DNA of 60,419 nt, the filler included. It is 7 parts of 7 records of this genome, joined end to end, with 100 filler letters (N's around TTAATTAATTAA, not from the genome) between each part and the next. Parts side by side here need not be neighbours in the genome. Positions count along the whole stretch, not along the records: positions 5,704 to 11,278 come from SRR31147125_18567; positions 11,379 to 24,630 come from SRR31147125_18596; 5 more parts are not named here. The stretch is one strand, 5' to 3'. Under the pieces are notes generated by a model. The model was not told the DNA's origin. It saw only the letters and a program-made list of their open reading frames with translations, and did not search any database. The translations under genes were made by a program, and so were the position numbers. The first letter of the stretch is position 1; each line of letters opens with the position of its first letter. Shown piece after piece: positions 10,227 to 19,724 of the stretch.

Positions 10227-11278
10227 CTATTCACTTATGGTAAAAATAATGGGACTTAATTCCCTTTCTTTTCCATCCGGACCGACTGCATAGATTTCAG
10301 AGATTGTTATTTTATTACCATCACTTAATTTGCTGATAAGATCTTTTTGCCTACTTATAAATCTATTACCATTTGTTGATATTTCTTGTGGAAATCCTTT
10401 GTGAACTGCTGAAACAGTAAAGTTTGTAACATTAAATTGCAAGTCGAAATCAAAATTTTCCATTATAGCTGCAACACCAACTTGTGCAAGTAGAAGTTCT
10501 TTATTAATTAAACCACCCTTTTGATTGTTTACTTTTGCAACAGGATCAGGAACACTTTTTACCCTAAAAACAGATTCTTGAATTACAGTTCCCATATGAC
10601 TAACCGAAACCGTTGCACTTCCTGTCTTTTGTGGATTAATAATGTAATTACCATTGCTTCCAGAGATTTTACCATTATCAATAGAAACTTCAAGTTCCGA
10701 AGTACTATATCCAGAAGAAGCTATCGCCACAGGATTCTCAACACCCAGATATAATACATTCATGCGCACCGGGGCTACTGCTGTTACAATTTTATCTGAT
10801 TTTAAAGGAGGGGCTTTCTCAACTAAATATTCTTTGTCCTGCTTATTTACGCAAGCCACTCCAAACATTAGAATGACCGTTATAGGAATAAGAGCTAAAA
10901 TTTTTGTTTTTGAATGTTTATACATTTCTTTTTTTGTCATCATAATCATACGTTTTTTTAATAATGATTTGTTAAAACTAGAGGATAGGCCAATTAGCCT
11001 TCCTTCTGCTATTTGATTCAGCAGGAGTGCCTGGTAGTTGTTTTTCTCAACACCTGTGTTTAACACTCCTTCGTCAGCTAAGTATTCATGAATCAGATGA
11101 ATGGATTTGCGCATCATCCAAACAAACGGATTGAACCACATTACGGCCGTTAGTAGTTCAATCAAAAGGTTATCAATAAAATGATATTGCGATACATGAA
11201 TTTTTTCGTGTGCTATTATCTTTTTTATTTCATTTTGGTTATATGAATTATTTGCAGGGATATAAATCCACCTGAAAA
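10227..11278 (-). CDS. BlaR1-like peptidase M56 protein fused to GldM C-terminal domain (5' truncated)
   Basis: The frame extends upstream of the listed ORF to IIAHEKIH (HExxH); WFNPFVW, IHEYLADE, LKKRMIMM; C-terminus MNVLYLGVENPV...FRVKSVPDPVA...GPDG resembles GldM_C. Confidence 0.8.
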
Positions 11279-11378
11279 NNNNNNNNNNNNNNNNNNNNNN
11301 NNNNNNNNNNNNNNNNNNNNNNTTAATTAATTAANNNNNNNNNNNNNNNNNNNNNNNNNNNNNNNNNNNNNNNNNNNN
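11279..11378. other. Artificial contig spacer
   Basis: N44-TTAATTAATTAA-N44. Confidence 0.98.
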
Positions 11379-12781
11379 AAAAAGCCGAGGTGGCAAGCCT
11401 TGCCAAAAGTGAATTTCTAGCCAACATGAGCCATGAACTTCGTACGCCGCTTAACGCCATCTTAGGCTATTCCCAGCTCATGCAACAAGATTCGGATCTT
11501 GAGGCGGAACAACAGGACTATCTGAACATAATCAACCGCAGTGGCGAGCACCTGCTAACGCTGATCAATGATGTGCTCGAGATTTCTAAGATCGAAGCCA
11601 AGCGCACCACCCTCAGCCCTACGGCCTTTGACCTTCACTCCATGCTTAGTGATGTTTACGGCATGTTTAAACTAAAGGCCAATGAAAAACATCTGGCCTT
11701 TGATTTTGATGAATCCGACGATCTGCCGCGCTATGTGATTGCCGATGCAAGCAAGTTTCGCCAGATCTTGATCAATCTGCTGGGCAATGCCGTAAAGTTT
11801 ACAGACATGGGCGGCATTGCCGTGCGGGCGCAAGTAAAAGACAAAACAGAAGAAAAATCATGCATAGAGGTCGAGGTAGAAGACACAGGTCCGGGCATCT
11901 CAGAAGAGGAATTGGAAAAGGTGTTTCTTGCATTTGAGCAAACTCAAAGCGGTAAGAAAATGCAAGGGAGTACCGGCCTGGGCATGGCTATCAGCCTGGA
12001 GTATGCCCGCCTGATGGGTGGCGACATTGCCGTTACCAGCCGTGTGGGGGAAGGCAGCAACTTTTGTTTTCATTGTATTGTCCACACGGCAACAGCAGCG
12101 GACTTAACAGCAGAAGCCCTGCAAAAACAAGTGGTCGGGTTAGTATCAGGGCAGGAGGTTCCGCGTATTCTGGTGGCTGAGGACAAATTGGAGAGCCGCC
12201 TGCTGCTGGTTAAATACCTTGAGCAGGCAGGTTTTGATGTGTACGCCGCAAAAGACGGCAAGGAGGCAGTAGAACTTTTTGAACAGTGGGCCCCCCATTT
12301 CATCTGGATGGATATACGGATGCCGGTAATGAACGGGCTTGAGGCCACTCGTCGTATAAGGAGCTTGCCAAGGGGAGAGACGGTCAGGATTGCTGCGCTT
12401 ACTGCCAGTGCCCTGGAAGAGGAGCGCGAGTTGATTCTTTCGGCAGGGTGCGATGAATTTGTGCGTAAGCCTTATCGGGTCTCAACAATTTTTCGGATAA
12501 TGGAAAAACATCTTGAACTGGAATATCTTTACAAGGAGAATGCCGCACTTAAGGCTGCTGAAGGTCGATTTGATCCTTGCTCCGTGAAACTGGACACTCT
12601 GCCAAAAGAGCTTTACAAAGCATTAACCCAAGCTGTCCTGGAATTAGACACGGATCGTACCCTGGCGCTGGTGGAAGAGATCAGCGCCAATGCCCCGGTC
12701 ACAGGAGCCGTTCTAAAGCAACTTGCCGAAAACCTAGAGTATGACAGACTCCTTGCCTTGTTGGAGCATAATCCATCTTAA
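11379..12781 (+). CDS. Hybrid histidine kinase (HisKA-HATPase-REC), 5' truncated
   Basis: [37 protein letters not shown] with WMDIRMP. Confidence 0.93.
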
Positions 12782-12806
12782 ATCAATGGGATTAGAGGTA
12801 TATTAA

Positions 12807-15160
12807 ATGAATCAACCCTTAGATGCTGAAATCCTGGTTGCAGACGATATCCCCGCCAACCTCAAGTTGCTGACCAATATCCTGAAAGCACAAGGGTACC
12901 GCGTTCGGCCGGCCCCCAATGGACAACTGACATTACGTTCTGCTGAAAGCAAATCACCTGATTTGATTCTTCTGGACATAAAAATGCCCGATATGGATGG
13001 CTATGAGGTTTGCAGGGTTTTAAAGGCCGACAAAAAAAATGCCGAAGTTCCGGTTATTTTTATCAGTGCCCTTGATGAGTCCCATGATAAGGTTAAAGGC
13101 TTTGAAGCCGGTGGCGTTGATTTCATTACAAAACCGTTCCAAGCTGACGAGGTGCTGGCCCGGGTTGAAACACACCTTTCTTTGCGACGCTTACATCAAC
13201 AATTGGAAAAACGAAATGAACAACTTCAACAGGAGATCTCCGAACGCCATAAGACCGAACAGGAACTGCGGGAACTTAACAACTTCAACCGCAAGATTTT
13301 CCAGACGACCAACTTAGGTGTGTTAGCCTATCACGGACGTACCGGGCAATGCGTCATGGCGAATCAGGCTGCTGCAAAAATCGTCAACGGTTCCGTAGAA
13401 CTGCTGCTTGCTCAAAACTTACAGACTCTCCAGTCGTTTCAAACACAGAACCGGTTGGCTATGGTTAAGCAGGTACTGGATACAGGTATCGAATTTGACG
13501 AGCAAGTACACACGGTGACCAGTTTTGGAAGAGAAGTTTGGCTGGAATGCCACGCCAGCCGTTTCCTGAACCATGGTGAGCCCCATCTTCTTTTACTGCT
13601 TCATGATATAACTGAACAAAAAAGTTTCCAGGAAACCCTGCAGCAGGCCAAAGAGGCAGCTGAGGCGGCCAACAAGGCCAAAGGTGAATTCCTGGCAAAT
13701 ATAAGCCATGAAATCCGTACACCGCTCAATGCAGTTATAGGATTCAGCGAATTGTTGTCATCCACCGTCAGCGACCCAAAACAGAAAAACTATATTCAAT
13801 CCATTCAAACTGCAGGAGAAAGCCTGCTCCAGCTTATAAATGATATTTTAGACCTTTCAAAGATCGAAGCCGGCAAATTTGAGCTAAGCTATACTCCCAC
13901 AAACCTGATCCGCCTAATAGATGAAATAGAACGGATTTTTTCCCAACAAGCGTTGAAAAAAATATCCGAATTATCACTGAAATTGTCTCTGAACTTCCCC
14001 CTTCCCTTCTCCTTGACGAAATCCGGTTGAGGCAGATTCTTACCAATCTGGTTGGAAATGCAGTAAAGTTTACTCAAACGGGTCAGATCAAGCTCTCTAT
14101 CAACAATGCAAACACGATTGAGACTGAGGATAACACCTTTGATATCGATATTTCCGTTGAGGATACCGGTATAGGTATTGCCGAAAATGACACAAACCGT
14201 ATTTTTGAATCCTTTAGGCAGCAATCTGGCCAGGATACGGCAAAATTCGGAGGAACCGGCCTGGGACTAACCATCTGTAAACGACTGGTTGAAATGATGG
14301 GCGGGAGCATATCGGTAGAAAGCACCCAAGGAGAAGGAAGCACCTTTACTGTGAGCATCCGAAATGTGGCAATTTCATCTAAAGAACATGCATCTGCTGA
14401 ACGAATGCCTAGTTATGGGACCATGAAGTTTGAAAAAGCAAGCATACTCGTGGTTGATGATGTTGAGTCAAACCGTAAATTCTTTAGCGAGGTCCTCTCA
14501 AACATGGGCCTTGATGTTTTGACAGCCGTCAACGGTAAGCAGGCCATAACGATCGCGGACAAGCATCTGCCTGATGCGATATTAATGGATCTGTCAATGC
14601 CTGTTATGGATGGAATTGATTCTACCAGACAATTGAAAATGTCCTCAAGAACGAAAAATATCCCCGTGATTGCCGTGAGCGCACGCCTTGTTCCTGAACT
14701 GCCTTCAGCAGTAGTTGAGAACGGATTGAATGGTTATCTTGCAAAACCGGTCAAGGCCGGTCAACTTTTTTCTGAACTATCAAAACACCTGCAAGTCGAT
14801 AAGAGTAAGGATAGAGAACCATCCCCGGCTGAAAGCGGTCTGCCAACTTCTATAGACGACCAATCTCCTGAAAAGATAATAAATCTTTCCGAACTCATCA
14901 ACGTCATTGACTCTGATCTCATGTGCCAATGGGAAGATTTTCAGAAAGTAATGCCCATTAAAACCATCCACAAATTCGGGAAAAAATTAGAAGCCCTGGG
15001 ACAAAAGCACAAGGCGACCCCTCTTGCCCATTACGGCAGAGATCTTTGTCGTTATACAGATAGTTTTGATGTTGAGAATATGAAAGTAATGATTGAAAAT
15101 TTCCCTGATATGGTAAATGAATTCAAATCGTTAGAAAGGACAACCAATGAAATCAAATAA
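12807..15160 (+). CDS. Hybrid kinase REC-PAS-HisKA-HATPase-REC, split by a frameshift at A7 13956-13962
   Basis: Adding one A gives continuous ...[41 protein letters not shown], joining ORFs 12807..14030 and 14027..15160. Confidence 0.9.
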
Positions 15161-15722
15161 AGACATCCCCGCCTTTTCCATTTTAATCGTGGATGATGAG
15201 CCCAAGAACATACAACTTTTAGGCAATCTCCTTGCAAAGAAACAGTATGACATCGAATTTGCCATGAATGGAAAAGAGTGTCTTGAATGGTTGAATAGAA
15301 AGCCGTTTGACCTTATCCTCTTGGACGTAATGATGCCGGGAATGGATGGTTATGAGGTTTGCGAAAAAATAAAATCCGACTATGGGACAAAACATATTCC
15401 AGTAATCTTTCTTACCGCAAAATCAGAAACAGAGGATATTGTAAAAGCATTTGATACCGGTTGTTCTGACTTTGTTAAAAAGCCGTTTAAGGCACCAGAG
15501 CTGCTAGCGAGAATAAAAAAGGAACTTGATCTGAAAACGCTGAGAGGATTGTTGCCAATATGCTCTCATTGTAAAAAAATACGAGATGATAAAGGATACT
15601 GGAATCAACTTGAAAACTACATTTCCAGTCATTCCCAGGTGGAATTCAGCCATAGCATCTGCGAAAATTGTTTGGACGAATATTATCCTGAGGAAACAGA
15701 TGAGGATGATGAATTTCAATAA
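15147..15722 (+). CDS. Response regulator with C-terminal four-cysteine domain
   Basis: REC (VDDE, LDVMMP, KPF) plus LLPICSHCKKIRDDKGYW...FSHSICENC. Confidence 0.9.
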   Translation: MKSNKDIPAFSILIVDDEPKNIQLLGNLLAKKQYDIEFAMNGKECLEWLNRKPFDLILLDVMMPGMDGYEVCEKIKSDYGTKHIPVIFLTAKSETEDIVKAFDTGCSDFVKKPFKAPELLARIKKELDLKTLRGLLPICSHCKKIRDDKGYWNQLENYISSHSQVEFSHSICENCLDEYYPEETDEDDEFQ

Positions 15723-15804
15723 GCCTTTGAAAGCACCTCTTTTACCTACATCAGGTAACTTCCAGCGAATTTTCCGAATTCCTCCACTTCCTTAGCACTG
15801 ATGC

Positions 15805-15870
15805 TTTTAACGCCCAGCCTCACAGGAGAGCGAACGCAGTGAGCGATTCCTGTGGAGGCGATTGTTAGCC
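15805..15870 (-). mobile_element. Integron attC site of cassette 3
   Basis: Minus strand: R'' GGCTAAC (overlaps stop) ...GCCTCCACAGGA...TCCTGTGAGGC... R' GTTAAAA; 66-bp imperfect palindrome with an extrahelical base. Confidence 0.9.
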
Positions 15871-16704
15871 ATGATTTCCAGCAACAAAGCGTGATGACTC
15901 GTTTATCCTAAATATATCAATAAGATATTCTTTATCATTTTCAATATTACACAATATTAGTACATCTTCTCGCCAGTCTCCAAAAATAGCGAAATGCACC
16001 TTTTCCGGATCAAGCTCACTGAAAGCTGAAGTGAGCTTCTCCAAATTTTGCTTAATGCTTGTTACTATCCATGCCCCCTGAAGCTGGACATCTGGATTAA
16101 CCGATTTGAATTTATTCTCGATACTTCTAAACATAAGTCTGTGATCATGCTCTTCCTTAGGTTCAATATCAGGCCCATTCATATTGTGAATAAGGTCTGC
16201 TTTTCTTCTCTTTACATCAAGCAATATCTTTCTTCCATCTTCTGGTGTTAGCAACCAATCGATTGTTTTATTTCCTTCTCCCTTTCCTTCCACTTCAAAC
16301 TCCATCTCTATCTCATCACTTACTCTATGCCCGGGGTACATTTCCGCTAAGACATCTAAATGCTTTTCTGGAACATTTAGCCTTTCTAAAAAAATATTTA
16401 ATTCTTCAACTTTTAGTCTTTTTGCTGCAACTTCGAGTGAAGATTTCAGTTTCTCCACAGGAACCCAAACATCTGTTCCCCATAAAAGCTCGCCGTCCAA
16501 GTCGTACGGAACTCCAAACTCGTAGCGCCATAGCCCCGTCATTTTATCTAGAAAAGCCCCAGAATCTAGAAGAGGAGAAGAAATCATTGTTATTAGCTTC
16601 TGGTCTTCTACCTCTAAAGACTGAAATAAATCATCATTCGTCAATAGTTCCGTTAAAGAACTCTTTTCTTCGATAACCTGTGGAAATATTGATTCTATAA
16701 ACAT
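15865..16704 (-). CDS. Integron cassette 3: hypothetical protein with PD-(D/E)xK-like motif
   Basis: Cassette bounded by attC sites; LAEM...KTIDWLL...ILLDVKRR fits an E...D...(D/E)xK nuclease pattern. Confidence 0.6.
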   Translation of the reverse strand: MFIESIFPQVIEEKSSLTELLTNDDLFQSLEVEDQKLITMISSPLLDSGAFLDKMTGLWRYEFGVPYDLDGELLWGTDVWVPVEKLKSSLEVAAKRLKVEELNIFLERLNVPEKHLDVLAEMYPGHRVSDEIEMEFEVEGKGEGNKTIDWLLTPEDGRKILLDVKRRKADLIHNMNGPDIEPKEEHDHRLMFRSIENKFKSVNPDVQLQGAWIVTSIKQNLEKLTSAFSELDPEKVHFAIFGDWREDVLILCNIENDKEYLIDIFRINESSRFVAGNHG

Positions 16705-16718
16705 ATCTCGGCCTAAAT

Positions 16719-16846
16719 GGCTAGCGGCGGTGATAACCTAAAAAATGGTGCGTACCAAGGAGTTTGAAATGCTGATAAACGTAATGCGTATGACATAATT
16801 ACCAGTCTCGCCAACCTCTTTTTTCAGGTTCATAAAATTGTTATAC
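16719..16846 (-). mobile_element. Integron attC site of cassette 2 (R' core mutated GTT->GCT)
   Basis: Minus strand: R'' GTATAAC, ATGAACCTGAAAAAA pairing with TTTTTTAGGTTAT, R' GCTAGCC; 128 bp. Confidence 0.75.
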
Positions 16847-17518
16847 ATTGTTTTTCATCATCTCTTCAATTGTTGTTCTATGGTTATAAAGTAGTCTATC
16901 TACTTCCCAACCATTTAAACTTGCTTTCTTGCCAACCTCTAAGTAAAATTTTTCTTCTTCTTCATATTTTTTGAAATTCAAACCTAAAAGTTTACTAATG
17001 GCTTTTATTCTGGCATCGATAGCAATAGAGTTTCTGAAGTCTTCATGATAAACATCCATCATTATATTACGCGAATACTTTGGACCAATACCATGGAATT
17101 GGCGTAGAAATTTGATTTTCTGTTTTCTGCCCTTTAAGGAAAAAAGCTTCTCTTTGGCGGTCTCTGGGCCACCCATATTTTTTATTTGAATGAAGCATTT
17201 TAAAATGTATTCAGCTTTTTTATTTGGCATTCTTACTTTAGCTTCTTTACAGACTAACTTGACTAGCGTTTCCCTATCGTATTCAAAGAGGGAATTTAAA
17301 TAATCATATTTGACTCTATTGTAATTTTCTTTATTACCGATCAAACCGTTCCAACCAGAAGAAAGGCCCATAGTAGAAAAACTTTGCAACAAAAAATGCC
17401 ATAGAAAGTCAGGACGTTTTATCTCCCTATAACCTTCTTTTTGTTCTTCAAGCATGTTTCTATTTTTAATAGATACAATTTCAAGAATCGATGCTAATAA
17501 CTCTTTCTGATCATTCAT
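16841..17518 (-). CDS. Integron cassette 2: helix-hairpin-helix DNA glycosylase/lyase-like protein (OGG-like)
   Basis: HhH motif LRQFHGIGPKYSRNI followed by IAIDARI, then Y...E and EVDRLLY, as in archaeal-type Ogg proteins. Confidence 0.7.
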   Translation of the reverse strand: MNDQKELLASILEIVSIKNRNMLEEQKEGYREIKRPDFLWHFLLQSFSTMGLSSGWNGLIGNKENYNRVKYDYLNSLFEYDRETLVKLVCKEAKVRMPNKKAEYILKCFIQIKNMGGPETAKEKLFSLKGRKQKIKFLRQFHGIGPKYSRNIMMDVYHEDFRNSIAIDARIKAISKLLGLNFKKYEEEEKFYLEVGKKASLNGWEVDRLLYNHRTTIEEMMKNNV

Positions 17519-17530
17519 TTTTTCCTTTTT

Positions 17531-17591
17531 TTATAACGTTGGAGTTCACCGGCGCGCGATCACGCGCGTCAGGTGAAACGACTTGTTATGT
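17531..17591 (-). mobile_element. Integron attC site of cassette 1
   Basis: Minus strand: ACATAAC AAGTC GTTTCACCTGACGCGCGTGATCGCGCGCCGGTGAAC TCCAAC GTTATAA; canonical R''/L''/L'/R' layout, 61 bp. Confidence 0.93.
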
Positions 17592-18095
17592 AATTGTCCT
17601 TAATTTTGCTTCCAGCATCTCGATAGGATATTTCCTCCCTATCGCGCTCAGGATATTCCTGTTTAATTCTTTGTTGATATCGTAAATATTGGTACTTTCT
17701 AATCCTCCATTAATATGTATTCTCCAATCTAGCTGAACCTTTTGATCGTTCATAGAGCCTAATACGCTTCGATTATTTGTTTTTGCGTAGAGGATATTCT
17801 TGAGTTCATTCAATACAGCTTCTATTTGTGGTTGAGCAAAACCTTCTTGTAATAGGTTTTTAAATAGGTGTTGGGTAAAGATGATATGGAAATTAGCAAA
17901 GTCCGTTTTTATTAGACGAGGAATAAACAGACTGTAAAGGGTAGAGTCGTTGGTGATGAGCACACATTTTCTTCTTTCTACTTTTACGAGATTGGCGTGC
18001 CAGCCACCCAGTATGCTATTTATTGGCTCAACATTGCAGGTTAGCTTTGGTTTAAATTCATTTAATAATTTTTGTGTACAACGTATTATCTGCAA
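17586..18095 (-). CDS. Integron cassette 1: DUF6933-like protein
   Basis: IRCTQKLL...LGGWHANL...RRKCVLITNDSTLYS...KTNNRSVLGSMND recalls DUF6933; stop codon lies within R'' of attC. Confidence 0.65.
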   Translation of the reverse strand: MQIIRCTQKLLNEFKPKLTCNVEPINSILGGWHANLVKVERRKCVLITNDSTLYSLFIPRLIKTDFANFHIIFTQHLFKNLLQEGFAQPQIEAVLNELKNILYAKTNNRSVLGSMNDQKVQLDWRIHINGGLESTNIYDINKELNRNILSAIGRKYPIEMLEAKLRTIT

Positions 18096-18114
18096 AGTTG
18101 TATTTCCTTTTATG

Positions 18115-18135
18115 ACATAACTTCTTTATATGTAG
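18115..18135 (-). mobile_element. Putative integron attI core site
   Basis: Minus strand ACATATA-AAGAA-G|TTATGT; the 7-bp core is the exact complement of R'' (ACATAAC) of cassette 1 attC and lies between the first cassette and the divergent intI. Confidence 0.75.
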
Positions 18136-18498
18136 CTGCTGTTAAATAGGGTGTGGTGAGTGTGCTGCTTGCCATTTTTCATACGTCTACTCAGATCTCA
18201 GTTGCCTAGTTTATTCCCTCACTCCTCACAGCGTATCCTTCAGGTATCAGATATGTAAGGATAATTATGTAACGTAACTCGCAGATACAAACGGTGCAAT
18301 ATTAAATTGTTAGGATTGCTACGCTGTGATATCGGGCTCAGACCAGGTTATCGGGCTGTCGTTTTAAATGCATTATCGATATACGATTGCTCGATTGAAA
18401 AGGTGGAACCGTGAAGAATGTCTGCAAATTGTGCTGTAATAGGTGGGCCGGAACATGTTATGTAGAGTCGTTTATATGCGGAAAATAACAGTGATTAT

Positions 18499-19538
18499 AT
18501 GGATAATACACGTGATTACAGTAATTTTGATGGTGCAGAATTTGGTGAGTTTCTGATACGGAAGGCTATTGTCCCATCCAGGCAGGCAAAGTTTTTCGTA
18601 CACTGGGTTCGAAAGTTTTTTGTTATGCGTGGTAAATGGAAGGTCGCCCACTGGTTTGAACAGGTTCCCTTATTTCTCGAAGCCTTGAATCATTCTGGTG
18701 CGGTTGAATCCTGGCAACTCCGACAGGCGGAGCAGGCTGTCCGTGTTTATTTCACCAATTACCTTCATGAAGATCCCGATCAACCTGTGGTGCAAAGCCG
18801 TCAGTTGAGTGATGATGCTTCCTTGTCATTTTCCGATATGGAGCAACGCTTTGTAGTACAGCTGAAAATTCGTAACTACTCCGCATCAACCCTTAAGACA
18901 TATCTGCAGTGGGTGAGACAATATCACCATTATTGTAATAAAGGTGATTCACAAGAGTTTGCACAGGTCTACAACCCCGATACAGTCAAGAATTTCCTCG
19001 CCCATCTCGCAATTCACAAAAACGTTGCTGCATCCACCCAGAACCAGGCATTCAACAGTCTGCTCATGTTTTTCAGGATGACGCTGAATATGGAATTGGG
19101 TGATCTCAAAGAAAACGTTCGAGCACGGTCCGGTAGAAAGTTGCCGGTGGTGTTTTCCGTTGAAGAGGTGCAGCGTCTGTTTGCCTGTGTGAAGGATAAC
19201 ACTGGCCTGGCCCTCAAACTCATTTACGGTGGCGGACTTCGGGTTAATGAATGTTGCCGGATTCGAATTAAGGATGTGGAGTTTGATCAGAGACTGCTCT
19301 TTGTCAGGAGCGGAAAGGGGGACAAGGATCGCTCCACACTGCTGCCCGAAACCCTCGTCTGTCAATTGAAAGGCCATGTTCAAGAGGTCTTTTCGCTTCA
19401 CGATCAGGATCTTGCCAGGGGCTTTGGGACGGTAAGGCTTCCCTCGGCCACTCCAGGGTGGAGACGACGATGATCTATACCCACGTGATCAAGGATATGA
19501 GAAACCCCGTCACCAGCCCACTGGATCTGCTGGACTGA
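18499..19538 (+). pseudogene. intI: Integron integrase, long N-terminal type, with internal deletion and frameshift
   Basis: VAASTQNQAFNSLLM, LPVVFSVEEV, LIYGGGLRVNE, VRSGKGDKDR, HDQDLARGFGTVRLP; jumps at 19443 into another frame reading LGHSRVETTMIYTHVIKDMRNPVTSPLDLLD*; the HxxR region is missing. Confidence 0.92.
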
Positions 19539-19724
19539 CTGGCGTTGGTTTTCATGAGATTCATTATGTATGCCGGACAGCCTGTTTTAGTGTAGCAGAC
19601 GCGCTTTAGATGATGATGGAGTAATGGCATTAATACGTTTTGCTCTGGAACCTCCGGCACAATTATGGTATTTCGGCATGCCAGTGAAGAAACGTATTCA
19701 CCAAAATTTGAGCCAGGTTTTGAT

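Noticed and set aside
18136-18498. LexA box and Pc/Pint promoters of the integron
   Set aside because: Expected from integron biology, but no convincing consensus could be pinpointed.
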